Notes: generated from the letters alone by a model not told the origin. Positions 6,264 through 15,817 are shown, counted from the first letter of the stretch. The stretch: 36,449 nucleotides of DNA from a virus (IMGVR_UViG_3300049199_000005:1-36449), one strand, 5' to 3'. Translations and numbers: made by a program.

Positions 6264-6424
6264 TACCGTTAAATAAAAAACAAAAAGTATTCATAGTACA
6301 GCACATGTCTAGTATGATGTTAATGGGGTGTTTTAAAACTAAACAAGATGCTGAAACTTACACAAACAAAAGCAAAGATTTTTTTATAATAAAATGTAAT
6401 ATACAAGAATATGAAAAAGATTAA
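6260..6424 (+). CDS. Small hypothetical protein (54 aa)
   Basis: Read by hand; ATGA overlap with the previous gene. Confidence 0.5.
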   Translation: MIPLNKKQKVFIVQHMSSMMLMGCFKTKQDAETYTNKSKDFFIIKCNIQEYEKD

Positions 6425-6587
6425 AAAATACTTATGGAGTATTATCTTTTTTTTATATTGTTTTTTATGGTTATGGTTAATTACAACTAAAGCGATACAA
6501 ATGTATAAATGCCCTAAAATGAATAGTACAGAATTATTATTAAATACTGATAATTCATTCTTGCTAAAGTTTGAAGAATGTAGATAA
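6411..6587 (+). CDS. Small membrane protein (58 aa)
   Basis: Read by hand: MKKIKKYLWSIIFFLYCFLWLWLI...; ends just before the terminator. Confidence 0.55.
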   Translation: MKKIKKYLWSIIFFLYCFLWLWLITTKAIQMYKCPKMNSTELLLNTDNSFLLKFEECR

Positions 6588-6591
6588 AAAC

Positions 6592-6620
6592 AAAACCCAC
6601 TACTTGAGTGGGTTTTTTGT
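6592..6620. terminator. Bidirectional intrinsic terminator
   Basis: AAAACCCACT-ACTTG-AGTGGGTTTTTT where the two transcription directions converge. Confidence 0.8.
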
Positions 6621-7007
6621 TTTAAAGTATAAAAATATAAAAAAAGCTATTGCTGCTACAATTCCAATCCATAAAAAATTATCATTACTACTTTCTGTAT
6701 TTGAGTTTTTATCGCTTTCATTTTTACTGCCTTTATTCTCTTTTTTTATTTCTTCTTTTTTGTTTTCAGTATTTTTACTTTTATCAATTGTAACTATTAC
6801 GTTGTGATATTCTTTACCATTGATTTTAATAGGTTTTAAGACATCAAAAGGTTTTAGCACTATTATATCATTCCACGTAGTATTTTGTTCTATTTTAACG
6901 GTGTTTTCTACGCTTAAAGTGTCGCTTTCAAATTCGTAGTGTTGTTTTGATGTTATCCGTTTGCCACAACTAGCAAAAATCAGTAGTATTAAAATATATT
7001 TCGCCAT
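6600..7007 (-). CDS. Putative unimolecular spanin
   Basis: Lipobox (IFASC) at the N-terminus plus C-terminal TM (FLWIGIVAAIAFFIFLYF); follows the endolysin. Confidence 0.65.
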   Translation of the reverse strand: MAKYILILLIFASCGKRITSKQHYEFESDTLSVENTVKIEQNTTWNDIIVLKPFDVLKPIKINGKEYHNVIVTIDKSKNTENKKEEIKKENKGSKNESDKNSNTESSNDNFLWIGIVAAIAFFIFLYFKTKNPLK

Positions 7008-7540
7008 TTTTCTAGTAGTTTAGTTCGATGTTCTAACCCATTAAAACCACCGTTAATAGCTTTAGTAATTCCTTTTATATCGTTTTTATCAGCTAGTTTA
7101 TTTAATCCTTTTAATTTCCAAAACCAAAGAGCGCTTAACATTGCGTTTGCTTCTTGTAATAGTAAGTCAGGATTTTTTAAGCAATCTAAATCAGTATCGT
7201 TTGCAAGCCTAAAATAGTTTTCTTTGCCTGTAATTTGAATAAATCCACGACCACGATACAACCAACCCTCACCACTTTTTTCGTTACCATTACCCATACG
7301 ATTAGCATAAACCCTATTAGCAATCCTTTGTGGTTGATTTGCGTAGTTTATTGCTTCTAAATCAGTAAAGTATTTTCTAAACACTCTAATTAAACCACTA
7401 GCACCATAGTTAAGATTTTCGCTAATTGGTTTTAAATTACTTTCATGTTCAATTTGAGCGAAGAAATGTGATAGTCTTAAAGGCGTGTTAATTCCGTAAC
7501 TATCTAGTAATGTTTTGTATTTAGTTGGTAGGTTGCTCAT
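6989..7540 (-). CDS. Endolysin, glycoside hydrolase family 19
   Basis: HFFAQIEHES, ENLNY, YRGRGFIQITGKENY, INGGFNGLEHR. Confidence 0.92.
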   Translation of the reverse strand: MSNLPTKYKTLLDSYGINTPLRLSHFFAQIEHESNLKPISENLNYGASGLIRVFRKYFTDLEAINYANQPQRIANRVYANRMGNGNEKSGEGWLYRGRGFIQITGKENYFRLANDTDLDCLKNPDLLLQEANAMLSALWFWKLKGLNKLADKNDIKGITKAINGGFNGLEHRTKLLEKWRNIF

Positions 7541-7854
7541 TTATGGTTGATTTTATATTTTTCAAATTCTGATTTTAGAGCGTCATATAATTTTTGCAAC
7601 CTTTCAAATTTTTGTTTCCAAGATTGTGATTCCTCTAAAATTATTGCGTTCCTTAAATTTAAATTATCTACATCATTTTGCAATCCTACTACTTTTTTAT
7701 CTAATAATTGGTATTGCTTTTCGTATTGAGTAACAAATGTATCATACATCGACTGATATTTAGATAGATTGTCTATTTTTTTTGTTTTATTACCTAGTAT
7801 AAAAGCTACTAAACTAACAAATAAATAAGCTATGTCTTTACCGTATTCAATCAT
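7537..7854 (-). CDS. N-anchored coiled-coil lysis-module protein
   Basis: N-terminal hydrophobic segment then heptad-rich region. Confidence 0.55.
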   Translation of the reverse strand: MIEYGKDIAYLFVSLVAFILGNKTKKIDNLSKYQSMYDTFVTQYEKQYQLLDKKVVGLQNDVDNLNLRNAIILEESQSWKQKFERLQKLYDALKSEFEKYKINHK

Positions 7855-8146
7855 TCCTTAAAACATTACGAACGTACCAAATTGCAGGCACTATTAAAAT
7901 TAATAAAACTTCACTAAAATTTAGTTTTGTATTTGTGTTGCAAATTTCTTGCAGTAGATTACTCAAAGATAATTGAAAAAAACAAAATTTTACAAAACTT
8001 TTTTTGTCATTGTAGTAGAGGTAAGTACATAGGATTAATATTGTAGTCGCATTTCCTAAGAAAAAAATCCAATCACCTATTAATTCCCAAAATAAATAAG
8101 TAACAATACTTAAAATTAATCCTATGTACAAAATCCATTTACGCAT
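7847..8146 (-). CDS. Multi-TM membrane protein (holin candidate)
   Basis: 3-4 hydrophobic segments; lysis module. Confidence 0.55.
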   Translation of the reverse strand: MRKWILYIGLILSIVTYLFWELIGDWIFFLGNATTILILCTYLYYNDKKSFVKFCFFQLSLSNLLQEICNTNTKLNFSEVLLILIVPAIWYVRNVLRND

Positions 8147-8372
8147 TAGGGTCTTTTTTAGGTGGTCTAGTACCTATTAACTTATTATTTGGCGATTCTT
8201 GCATAGTCGCTCTGTATAAAGCGTAAGCCCCAAATATAGCTTTAATAACGCCTATTAATTTATCAGGAAGTCCTAACTCTAAAAGAAAAGGATTGACCAC
8301 GTCAAAACCTTGATCCAAAATAATAAGCAAAAAACTTAAAACTGCTAAACCCCATTTTTTTAATAATTCCAT
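8139..8372 (-). CDS. Two-TM holin candidate
   Basis: Two hydrophobic segments and a charged C-terminus. Confidence 0.5.
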   Translation of the reverse strand: MELLKKWGLAVLSFLLIILDQGFDVVNPFLLELGLPDKLIGVIKAIFGAYALYRATMQESPNNKLIGTRPPKKDPNA

Positions 8373-8375
8373 TGT

Positions 8376-8690
8376 CTATTTATTTAAAGTTAATGTTTTA
8401 CGAGTTAATTTTAATCTACTCAAAGCGATGTTTTCTATGTACTCCATCGTCTCACCCCACAATGAAAATTCTTTTTCCGTGAGTTGCAAGTTTCCACTAT
8501 CTATACTCTCTTTTTTATCGTTGAATATTTCGTAGTAAAGCGCACAAGTTTTATCGGTAGTTTTAAAAGTCATAACCGATACGCTGATACTGTCAGCTAC
8601 TTTGTCAATTCCGATTTTAACGGGTGTAATTTTTTGAGCCGTTGCTCCTAATGCGCATAAAAATAATGCGCTAAAAAATAGTTTTTTCAT
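8376..8690 (-). CDS. Secreted hypothetical protein
   Basis: Signal peptide MKKLFFSALFLCALGATA-Q. Confidence 0.7.
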   Translation of the reverse strand: MKKLFFSALFLCALGATAQKITPVKIGIDKVADSISVSVMTFKTTDKTCALYYEIFNDKKESIDSGNLQLTEKEFSLWGETMEYIENIALSRLKLTRKTLTLNK

Positions 8691-8693
8691 AAT

Positions 8694-9170
8694 TTATTGA
8701 ATTCTGAACCACCCAAAAGATAGTCCGCTAGTTAAGCCTATTATTACATCTTGCACTTTTCTCCTTACTGTAAATTGTCCATCGGTTGTGATAGTTTCCG
8801 TCCAAACATTCTCATTTAATGTAGTACCTTGTGGAGTAATTGAAATGAAATCGCCAATCTTTACACGTGAATCGCTAACCACTTTAGAGGTCTGTAACAA
8901 ACTAAAACTAGCAGTACCTTTAACAATCCCTTTAATAAATTCGTCATTCAAATAGTTAAGTACTTCGCTTTGAGTTGCTCCTGCTGGCGAGCCGTCCTGT
9001 TTTTGTATTTCACTAAAAGGGACTTGAATCTCTTTTGCTATTGATTCTTTGTAGCGTACAAAAATATCCGTTAACCCATCAGCAACCGCTTCTAGTGAGC
9101 CACTGCCAAAAAAACGCTCTGAACCCTCTATAACTATATTTCGGGCGTTAATGTCATAATAAATTCTCAT
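8694..9170 (-). CDS. Hypothetical tail-module protein
   Basis: 158 aa ORF in the late operon. Confidence 0.65.
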   Translation of the reverse strand: MRIYYDINARNIVIEGSERFFGSGSLEAVADGLTDIFVRYKESIAKEIQVPFSEIQKQDGSPAGATQSEVLNYLNDEFIKGIVKGTASFSLLQTSKVVSDSRVKIGDFISITPQGTTLNENVWTETITTDGQFTVRRKVQDVIIGLTSGLSFGWFRIQ

Positions 9171-10909
9171 AATGATTTGTAAGTTCTAGTTATAAAATAT
9201 GTTATGTTGTAAACGCTTAGTGTACCGCTTCCTGATGTAACCTTTACCAATCCGCCATTTGCTAGGAATGTAGCGAGTGAGAATACAGGAAACACAAAGT
9301 TAAACTTTTGCTCTGTATTTGCGCCTTTCAAAAACGGCTTTGTTTCAGCTATTACCGTTGTAGGATTGCCAATATCAATTCCGACCTCTAAAAAGTCGTT
9401 ATTCATTGACGATTTTGCGCTGAATCTTACGTTAATTGTGTAAGAATCTCCTAGTGTGTTGGGAGTAATTTTGCTAGTAGCCGAATTGTAAAAAGAAGTT
9501 ACTCCCGTAGGAATGTAAGTATTTATCGTTGTGCCTGCATTGTTTGGAAGTGTAACTGTTGAGTTACTAGCAACGCTAAAAGGACTAGATACTGTGTACT
9601 GAGTATCGGCGTAGTTCGCCCAACCTTGTGAGCTTTTAATTTGTCCTACTGTTGCAAGGTTATTGTTTGCTGTTCCTGCATTTGCTGAGGCTACTCCGAA
9701 ACGGTTTAGGAACGTAAATAATCCGCCCGTATTTGCCCCATTTACTTTTATAAAATCGCCTGTATCTGTACTCGCTAAATCTGATAAAAATATGCCTGTA
9801 GTAGCCTCTGATTTGGTAACTACTAGCGCCTCTGTAGATGTTGTGCCTGCGTAAAATCTAGCGCCTACTCCTGCACTTGCATCAATATTTAAACCTCTTG
9901 CACCTGATGAATTTATAGCTAATCCGTAAGCCTCTCCGCCTCCTATCGTTCTGCTGTTATTTACCGTAATGCCTCCTAAAGTTGTGTTATTAGAAGTGTA
10001 AGACTTTCGCCCAGTTGCCGTTTGGTCTGTTGTTAACAGCATTGTATTAGCCGTACTAGCGTCTAATTGCGCCTTAGTCACCCCTTGATTAGCATTAACA
10101 GCAGGGCTGAATGTTACGGTGCCGTTAAATATACCCGTATTTACACCGTCATCTGTAGAAGTATTAAAAAGTCCTTTTGCAGCAATAATTTGACCACTTG
10201 TATTTCCTACTGCCCCTGTTCCAAATGCGAATCTTCCTGCTCCTAATCTTGAAATTCCTGTATCAACTGTGCCAGAAGTCAAAGGATTACCCGTTATATT
10301 AATGAAAGAAAAAACTCCGTTGCTTGCAGTTCTAAAGCCTAAAGAAGAATTACCTCTTAAATATCCAAAATCAACAAAAGCCGATCCTGTAGCAGTAGTA
10401 GCTACAATAGAATTACTTGCAGCATTTTTAACTAAAGCAGGAAATAAGACCGTATTACCTCCAAACATTAAAAATTTTGTAGCGTCTGAAATCAATATAT
10501 TCCCATTAACATCAATCCTATCAGATACTGGCTGACTAATTATACTGTTATCTAAATTACCCGCTGCGTTTACTTTAGGTATAAAGTTAGTAGTTGCGGT
10601 GCTTGTGATACCTGCGTTTAAAGGCACGTAAATAGTACCGTTAAATCTATACAGCTTATTGTCGTCACGAGTTATATACAGCTTATCAGTAATGCCTACA
10701 ACTGGCAATGCGCTTGCTGTTGCAAAATAAAAAGCGTCTTGTAATTCTGTTTTAGAAATTGTATTTAAAACATTATTTGCGCTTTGTACCACTACTTTTG
10801 TAGCTGTATTATCAGTAGTAATCCCACCTGTAATTTTAACCCCTTTGTCAAATAACGCTTGACTGTAAGAAGCGGTTGTAATTAATAGTAAAAAAAGTAT
10901 TTTCTTCAT
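9167..10909 (-). CDS. Tail fibre/adhesin-like protein with N-terminal signal peptide
   Basis: G/T/N/S-rich 580 aa; GVTKAQLD and LATVGQI neck-like motifs; MKKILFLLLITTASYS-Q. Confidence 0.6.
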   Translation of the reverse strand: MKKILFLLLITTASYSQALFDKGVKITGGITTDNTATKVVVQSANNVLNTISKTELQDAFYFATASALPVVGITDKLYITRDDNKLYRFNGTIYVPLNAGITSTATTNFIPKVNAAGNLDNSIISQPVSDRIDVNGNILISDATKFLMFGGNTVLFPALVKNAASNSIVATTATGSAFVDFGYLRGNSSLGFRTASNGVFSFINITGNPLTSGTVDTGISRLGAGRFAFGTGAVGNTSGQIIAAKGLFNTSTDDGVNTGIFNGTVTFSPAVNANQGVTKAQLDASTANTMLLTTDQTATGRKSYTSNNTTLGGITVNNSRTIGGGEAYGLAINSSGARGLNIDASAGVGARFYAGTTSTEALVVTKSEATTGIFLSDLASTDTGDFIKVNGANTGGLFTFLNRFGVASANAGTANNNLATVGQIKSSQGWANYADTQYTVSSPFSVASNSTVTLPNNAGTTINTYIPTGVTSFYNSATSKITPNTLGDSYTINVRFSAKSSMNNDFLEVGIDIGNPTTVIAETKPFLKGANTEQKFNFVFPVFSLATFLANGGLVKVTSGSGTLSVYNITYFITRTYKSL

Positions 10910-10919
10910 TTTGTATTTA

Positions 10920-11579
10920 TTAAATTGTTAATCCTGATACGTCCACATCTGCGCCACTTGCTAATAAATCTAGCGTAATAGTTAAAATGTTATCTACTTG
11001 CGTCCACTCTCTTATAAATCCTCTGTCTACGTGAACATTTAATATAATTGCTCCTATTGGTAAAGTAAATTCGTTTGTAGTTCCGTCTGCGATAAATCTA
11101 TCGATGTAAATATTTGGAGTTATAGAAGCTATTATATTATCAACTTCCGCCTTTGTATAAGTACTGCTTTTATCAGCTTTTAAAAATAAATCGGCTAAAC
11201 TAGCTTTATCACTTAAACCATTACGAACCGCTGTAACGTTTGGATATTTTAAACCTGTTAAATCTTCGTCTAAATTGCTTTGTTTATTAATTATATTTTC
11301 GGGTGTAAATCCTATCGTATCTTGTTTGCCTTCAACCAACGAATCGACTTCGCTTTTTAAATATACAATAGGGTCGCTAGAATTACTATTAGTTTTAACC
11401 GTTCCGCTAACTCCTGTTTGCGCCTTAACCGTACCACTAATGGTTGATTTACGTGCTTTGTAACTTGAACCTTCGGGACTTTGTGAAGTATCTGAAACAT
11501 CTACAATATGAATAAACGCATCATCAGGCACGCTTAATTTTTCGGTTAATTCAGTTAGTTTTTTATCTATTAGTGCCAT
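10920..11579 (-). CDS. Tail fibre-like protein
   Basis: YLKSEVD / YTKAEVD and KQDTIGFTPEN motifs typical of fibre shafts. Confidence 0.6.
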   Translation of the reverse strand: MALIDKKLTELTEKLSVPDDAFIHIVDVSDTSQSPEGSSYKARKSTISGTVKAQTGVSGTVKTNSNSSDPIVYLKSEVDSLVEGKQDTIGFTPENIINKQSNLDEDLTGLKYPNVTAVRNGLSDKASLADLFLKADKSSTYTKAEVDNIIASITPNIYIDRFIADGTTNEFTLPIGAIILNVHVDRGFIREWTQVDNILTITLDLLASGADVDVSGLTI

Positions 11580-12137
11580 TTATTGAAATATGTAGTTTGT
11601 GTCATCTTGAAAAATATAGTTTGTGTCATCTTGAAAAATGTAATCGTAACCATCAACAATAATCAAAGAATCATTTATTATGTTGTTACAAAAAGGTGCA
11701 AAATTTTCTTCTTGACCATTAAACGAAATGTTATAGGATTGGTTTGTACTAACATCTACTTTATCGCATTCTAAACCATTTTTAAAGCCCATTAAAAAAT
11801 AGTTTCCGTTGTAATCTTCAACTACTATAAAATAATCTTTTCTAAGTAGTTTAGTAAAGTTTAAGTTATCGAAAACAGATAGCTTTGAAAAGTTTAAAGT
11901 AATGGATTGAGTAAACGACTTGCCACCATCGCTATCTTGTTGCGTTTGTGTAAAACTAACCCCTCCTGTAATTTTAAATTGATAAATAAAAGTCTGTGGG
12001 AAGCCATTTAACTCAACTCCATCATAAATAATATTACTACGTGTGATTTTTTTGTAAGGTGCTAAATAAACGGATTTAACACCGCCTATTGCGTTTTTAC
12101 ATTGCTTATTGCGTCCGTTTGTTATGCTAATATTCAA
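11580..12137 (-). CDS. Tail tube protein paralogue
   Basis: ITNGRNKQCKNAIGG aligns with ITAGRDKQCKTAIGG of 15244..15765. Confidence 0.7.
   Translation of the reverse strand: MNISITNGRNKQCKNAIGGVKSVYLAPYKKITRSNIIYDGVELNGFPQTFIYQFKITGGVSFTQTQQDSDGGKSFTQSITLNFSKLSVFDNLNFTKLLRKDYFIVVEDYNGNYFLMGFKNGLECDKVDVSTNQSYNISFNGQEENFAPFCNNIINDSLIIVDGYDYIFQDDTNYIFQDDTNYIFQ
11583..11643. repeat. 24-bp tandem repeat (about 2.5 copies) coding YIFQDDTN
   Basis: TAGTTTGTGTCATCTTGAAAAAT at 11593 and 11617. Confidence 0.9.
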
Positions 12138-12663
12138 GACTATCCTTTCTTATTAATCGTTCTTTATTTCCTCCAAAATGCCACCCGCCACTAACGGTTA
12201 AATTAGTTACTTTGTTGTTTAATATATTCCATTCTCTAAACTCTGGAATGTTTTTATTACACAAATATCTTTGCGCTCTTTCGATATACATTTGCGCTTT
12301 TGTTCTTTGAGTTTGTGCTAAATATTGAACCTCGCTTTTTTCTACTATTTGACTGTCGGTTGGTTGGTGTTTAAATATACCACCGTTATCAATTGAATAA
12401 CTGCCAATTTCAACGTATTCTGCAAATATTTGATGTCTTAAAATTGGTTTTAGGTATTCGTCATATAATTGCAAATAATCACCGCTTAAATCTTCGTTTT
12501 GAAAGTCTAAAACTATTTTATCATACAAAGGTGTACCTAGTAACGGTTCAATAACGCTAACTTGAACGTCAAAAATAACGGGTTTAAGTTTGTCAATATC
12601 GATATTACCGCCCAAAGGTGTAAATTCGGTTATTTCAGATGGTCTAATTAATAGTGTAGTCAT
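12127..12663 (-). CDS. Putative head-tail adaptor
   Basis: GNIDIDKL...IEPLLGTPLYDKI pattern; downstream of portal. Confidence 0.6.
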   Translation of the reverse strand: MTTLLIRPSEITEFTPLGGNIDIDKLKPVIFDVQVSVIEPLLGTPLYDKIVLDFQNEDLSGDYLQLYDEYLKPILRHQIFAEYVEIGSYSIDNGGIFKHQPTDSQIVEKSEVQYLAQTQRTKAQMYIERAQRYLCNKNIPEFREWNILNNKVTNLTVSGGWHFGGNKERLIRKDSLEY

Positions 12664-12664
12664 T

Positions 12665-13165
12665 TCATTTTATGTGTTTATAAGCCTTGTAATTTTTTAT
12701 TTTACATACAACTGAACTAGAAATATTGAATTTTTTGCCTAAAAATCTTGTAGATTCATTGGATTCTCTTATTTCTTTTATTTCATATTCTTTTAATCTT
12801 GTTTTAATTAAACCTAATGCTACTGCGTGAGTAGTATTTTCTGAATTTGTAACCCATTCTAAATTTTCTGCTCTATTATCCGTTTTTATTCCGTTGATAT
12901 GGTTTACTAAAGGCTTATTATCTGTATTTTCAATAAAAGCGTTAGCTACTAACCTATTAACCCTAAAAGTATATCTAACAGAATCTTTTCTTAACCCTAT
13001 CTTCATATATCCGTCAACACCTATCCTTTGATTTTTTAAAACCGCTTTTTGAACACGAAATCCACCTTTATAGTGTTTTATTTGCCTTTCAACCCCTCTA
13101 ATATTCCCAAGATTGCTAACCTCATATAAATTTTCAAAACCAATAACTTTTTTCCAAATTTCCAT
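12665..13165 (-). CDS. NUMOD4-HNH homing endonuclease
   Basis: MEIWKKVIGFENLYEVSNLG (NUMOD4); VNHINGIKTDNRAENLEWVT..EN (HNH); ATG at 13165 preferred. Confidence 0.9.
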   Translation of the reverse strand: MEIWKKVIGFENLYEVSNLGNIRGVERQIKHYKGGFRVQKAVLKNQRIGVDGYMKIGLRKDSVRYTFRVNRLVANAFIENTDNKPLVNHINGIKTDNRAENLEWVTNSENTTHAVALGLIKTRLKEYEIKEIRESNESTRFLGKKFNISSSVVCKIKNYKAYKHIK

Positions 13166-13222
13166 AAAATAAACTTTTATGTAAATATAGCTATTTGTTA
13201 GCAATTAAACAACACCTTTATG

Positions 13223-14851
13223 TTAAATATCGTGAGGTGCTATTCCTGCAATTCCAGAAGCTCTACTTTCTGTCCTTTCTGCTAAAGGATTATTAACATC
13301 GACCTTTACCCCTTTTTTTCTGTACGTCAATTTTTCCCAATAATGCTTGCAAGTTCCTCCTGTGAATTTAGCACTTAATAAACCACCCCCTTTGAATTTC
13401 CATATTGAATATGGGTTGTTTGGAGTCGGATGCATACCAAAACCAGGATTAACATTTTTTTCTCCCATTGCTTCAATATCTTCACGCCTGTAAATCTTAT
13501 TTGCTAGAATCATTCTTTTACAAAACTCCCTTTCTGGGTTTTGATTTCCTGCGTATCTATATCTATAAATATAAAAATCAGTATCAAATTTAGATTTTGC
13601 ATTAGGTCTTGCAACTCCCGTAGAAGTGGATAATGTTAAAGCATCTTCTTCATCGTAATCAACTTCTTTTACACTAATTAACTCATACCCATCAATATTT
13701 TCATCTTCGCCTAAATCTATAAATAAATCTAAATCACTCTTTTTTTTTTCTTCACTTAATTGCGTAGGCAAAACTGCTTTGTCAACTTCAGAAAGTGCTT
13801 TGAAATAAAAATCAAAAGCCATATCATTAAAAGCTAGTATTTCATCTAATGCTTCTATAATATGTATCTGTTTTGGAGCAATAACGCGCTTTAAAAGTTG
13901 TGATTCTGCTTCGTCTAACTCGTTTGCGTTATTTCCTAATCCTGTGTTATCTTTAATACCTACTAACATAGGCGAAGTAAGTAAATGACCCGTCATAATT
14001 TGTTGGCGTGCTTCATTACTTAAAAACTCCCATTGCTTATGCATATTTTCGTTAGTTGGGAATGGAATAACAGTAATTTCAGCATCTTTAGAAGCAAAGT
14101 TTAAAACAAATTTACCTGCGTTTGGCGAACCTGTTAATTTAGCTTTAATTTGTCTTTCTAAATCGTCCTTTTCTTCGGGTGTCATCGATTGACCATCAGG
14201 CACGTTAATAATATAGCCTGCGCTTAATCCATTTCTTAAAAAATTATTGTAGAAATTAGATATTTCTTCTTCCATTTCAGCATATTGTAATGATGCTAAA
14301 TAATCTGGATCTGAAAAGTAGTTTTTACCTGCTGAATATGGCTTAATACAATAAATCTCTATTTCCTCATTAGATGTACCAAAAGCAGGATAGGGTACCG
14401 CATCGTTTGGCTTTTTCCAATTTTTATTATACCAATAACTTTCTATTTCTCCATCTTCATTTTCTAAAGCAGGCACTACATATTGTTTAGGTAAATGATA
14501 AATGCCTGTTACGCTTTTACGGTCTTTTGATTTTATGATTTGTAAAGACGCTTCACCAAATAACTCATAATCTGAAATTATTTTACGCAATTCTTTTTGT
14601 GGTAACATCGATTTAAAGCGCACCCAATCAGTAATTTTTAAGTTACTATCTTTTGCGAATAAACCTTGACCATAAATCAAATTTGAATATGCTGTAATAA
14701 CTGCGTGATTTGTAACTGAACCATTAAACCTATCAATAATATACTGATAAAATTCATTGTTACGACCATTCAAAACCCAATTTTTAGACTTATTTTCTTC
14801 TAATTTTGGCTTAACGTAGTTATTTAATTGTATTAGTTTTATTTCGCTCAT
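13223..14851 (-). CDS. Portal protein with C-terminal extension
   Basis: YELFGEA, LTGSPNAGK, IMTGHLLTSPMLVGI motifs; tail has REFC...CKHYW. Confidence 0.85.
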   Translation of the reverse strand: MSEIKLIQLNNYVKPKLEENKSKNWVLNGRNNEFYQYIIDRFNGSVTNHAVITAYSNLIYGQGLFAKDSNLKITDWVRFKSMLPQKELRKIISDYELFGEASLQIIKSKDRKSVTGIYHLPKQYVVPALENEDGEIESYWYNKNWKKPNDAVPYPAFGTSNEEIEIYCIKPYSAGKNYFSDPDYLASLQYAEMEEEISNFYNNFLRNGLSAGYIINVPDGQSMTPEEKDDLERQIKAKLTGSPNAGKFVLNFASKDAEITVIPFPTNENMHKQWEFLSNEARQQIMTGHLLTSPMLVGIKDNTGLGNNANELDEAESQLLKRVIAPKQIHIIEALDEILAFNDMAFDFYFKALSEVDKAVLPTQLSEEKKKSDLDLFIDLGEDENIDGYELISVKEVDYDEEDALTLSTSTGVARPNAKSKFDTDFYIYRYRYAGNQNPEREFCKRMILANKIYRREDIEAMGEKNVNPGFGMHPTPNNPYSIWKFKGGGLLSAKFTGGTCKHYWEKLTYRKKGVKVDVNNPLAERTESRASGIAGIAPHDI

Positions 14852-15159
14852 TAGAATTGAAATGTATCTTTTGTTATTTTATAATTTTGCGTGTCGTTTG
14901 ATTGGTCGGTTACAAATACTTTACCTCTATAAATGACTTCTAAACCGCTATAAACTGTTAATTGGTAGTTAGTATTATTAGCAAAACTTTCTTCAAAATT
15001 TAAGTACATATAGCCGTCAATTGTGATAGGCGTAACCGAGTAATTAAATACATCGCCCGTAAGTTCATCTTTTAAAACTATATTAACATTCGAATTTGTA
15101 TAATATCTTGGGATAATTACAAGTTCGTGTTCTACGTTAAAAGGATTTAATACTTTCAT
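14851..15159 (-). CDS. Hypothetical virion protein
   Basis: 102 aa; coupled to portal; preceded by the late promoter motif. Confidence 0.7.
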   Translation of the reverse strand: MKVLNPFNVEHELVIIPRYYTNSNVNIVLKDELTGDVFNYSVTPITIDGYMYLNFEESFANNTNYQLTVYSGLEVIYRGKVFVTDQSNDTQNYKITKDTFQF

Positions 15160-15163
15160 ATAT

Positions 15164-15192
15164 TTAAAACGTTTAAAAAATAGTATTGTAAC
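15164..15192 (-). promoter_or_regulatory. Candidate phage late promoter GTTACA-N15-CGTTTT
   Basis: Same motif and spacing at 17831-17859 and 25390-25418. Confidence 0.75.
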
Positions 15193-15222
15193 AAAAAACC
15201 CTGATAATTAATATCAGGGTTT
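15193..15222 (-). terminator. Intrinsic terminator
   Basis: AAACCCTGATA / TATCAGGGTTT stem with a T-run on the minus strand. Confidence 0.8.
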
Positions 15223-15243
15223 AAAGTAGTTGTGTTGTTTAAT

Positions 15244-15765
15244 CTAAACGTTATCCGCTACCAATGCTAAAAACGCTGTTACGGTTGCACTATCTAAAAT
15301 AGGTGCTAACTCTGATTCCATTGCAGTACCTGTTAAATTGTACCCGTTAAAATCTGCTTTTGTTCCACCTGTTGTAGGCGCAACTAAAAAATCTATTCCC
15401 TCTGTAATTCCTACTACGTGATAGTTACCTGAACGGTCAGCTACTACTGCTTTAGGGAAACCATACGCTAACAAATTGAATTGTGCGTTATCTTCTTTTC
15501 TAATTTTTGGTAAAACAAGTGTAAGCGTTTGCGTGTTCATTGAAGTACCCGCATTTCTATCTGACTGCATAGATTGTGCAAAAATATTTCCATCGCCCGT
15601 AAGTTCGTATTTAAAAACTTCGGTTAATAATGGATTTATTGCCGTTGCTGTACCGTTTGTAACTGTAAACGGGTTTTCTATGTCGTTAAAGAAATATACC
15701 GAAGTATTCCCTCCAATCGCAGTTTTACACTGTTTGTCTCTCCCTGCTGTTATATCACATGCCAT
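15244..15765 (-). CDS. Major tail tube protein
   Basis: MACDITAGR...CK..IGG family-like; follows capsid. Confidence 0.7.
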   Translation of the reverse strand: MACDITAGRDKQCKTAIGGNTSVYFFNDIENPFTVTNGTATAINPLLTEVFKYELTGDGNIFAQSMQSDRNAGTSMNTQTLTLVLPKIRKEDNAQFNLLAYGFPKAVVADRSGNYHVVGITEGIDFLVAPTTGGTKADFNGYNLTGTAMESELAPILDSATVTAFLALVADNV

Positions 15766-15781
15766 TGGTATAAAATGTATT

Positions 15782-15808
15782 AAAAACCGCCCTAATTAAA
15801 GAGCGGTT
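15782..15808 (-). terminator. Intrinsic terminator after capsid gene
   Basis: AACCGC-C / GAGCGGTT stem with a T-run on the minus strand. Confidence 0.65.
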
Positions 15809-15817
15809 AAGTTAGTA

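Noticed and set aside
6571-6807. Plus-strand hydrophobic ORF
   Set aside because: Antisense to the spanin candidate and runs through the terminator
13201-13228. dif-like site (TTATGTTAAAT at 13218-13228; near-match at 859-869)
   Set aside because: Only the XerD-like arm matches, with no XerC arm; such a match is plausible by chance in AT-rich DNA
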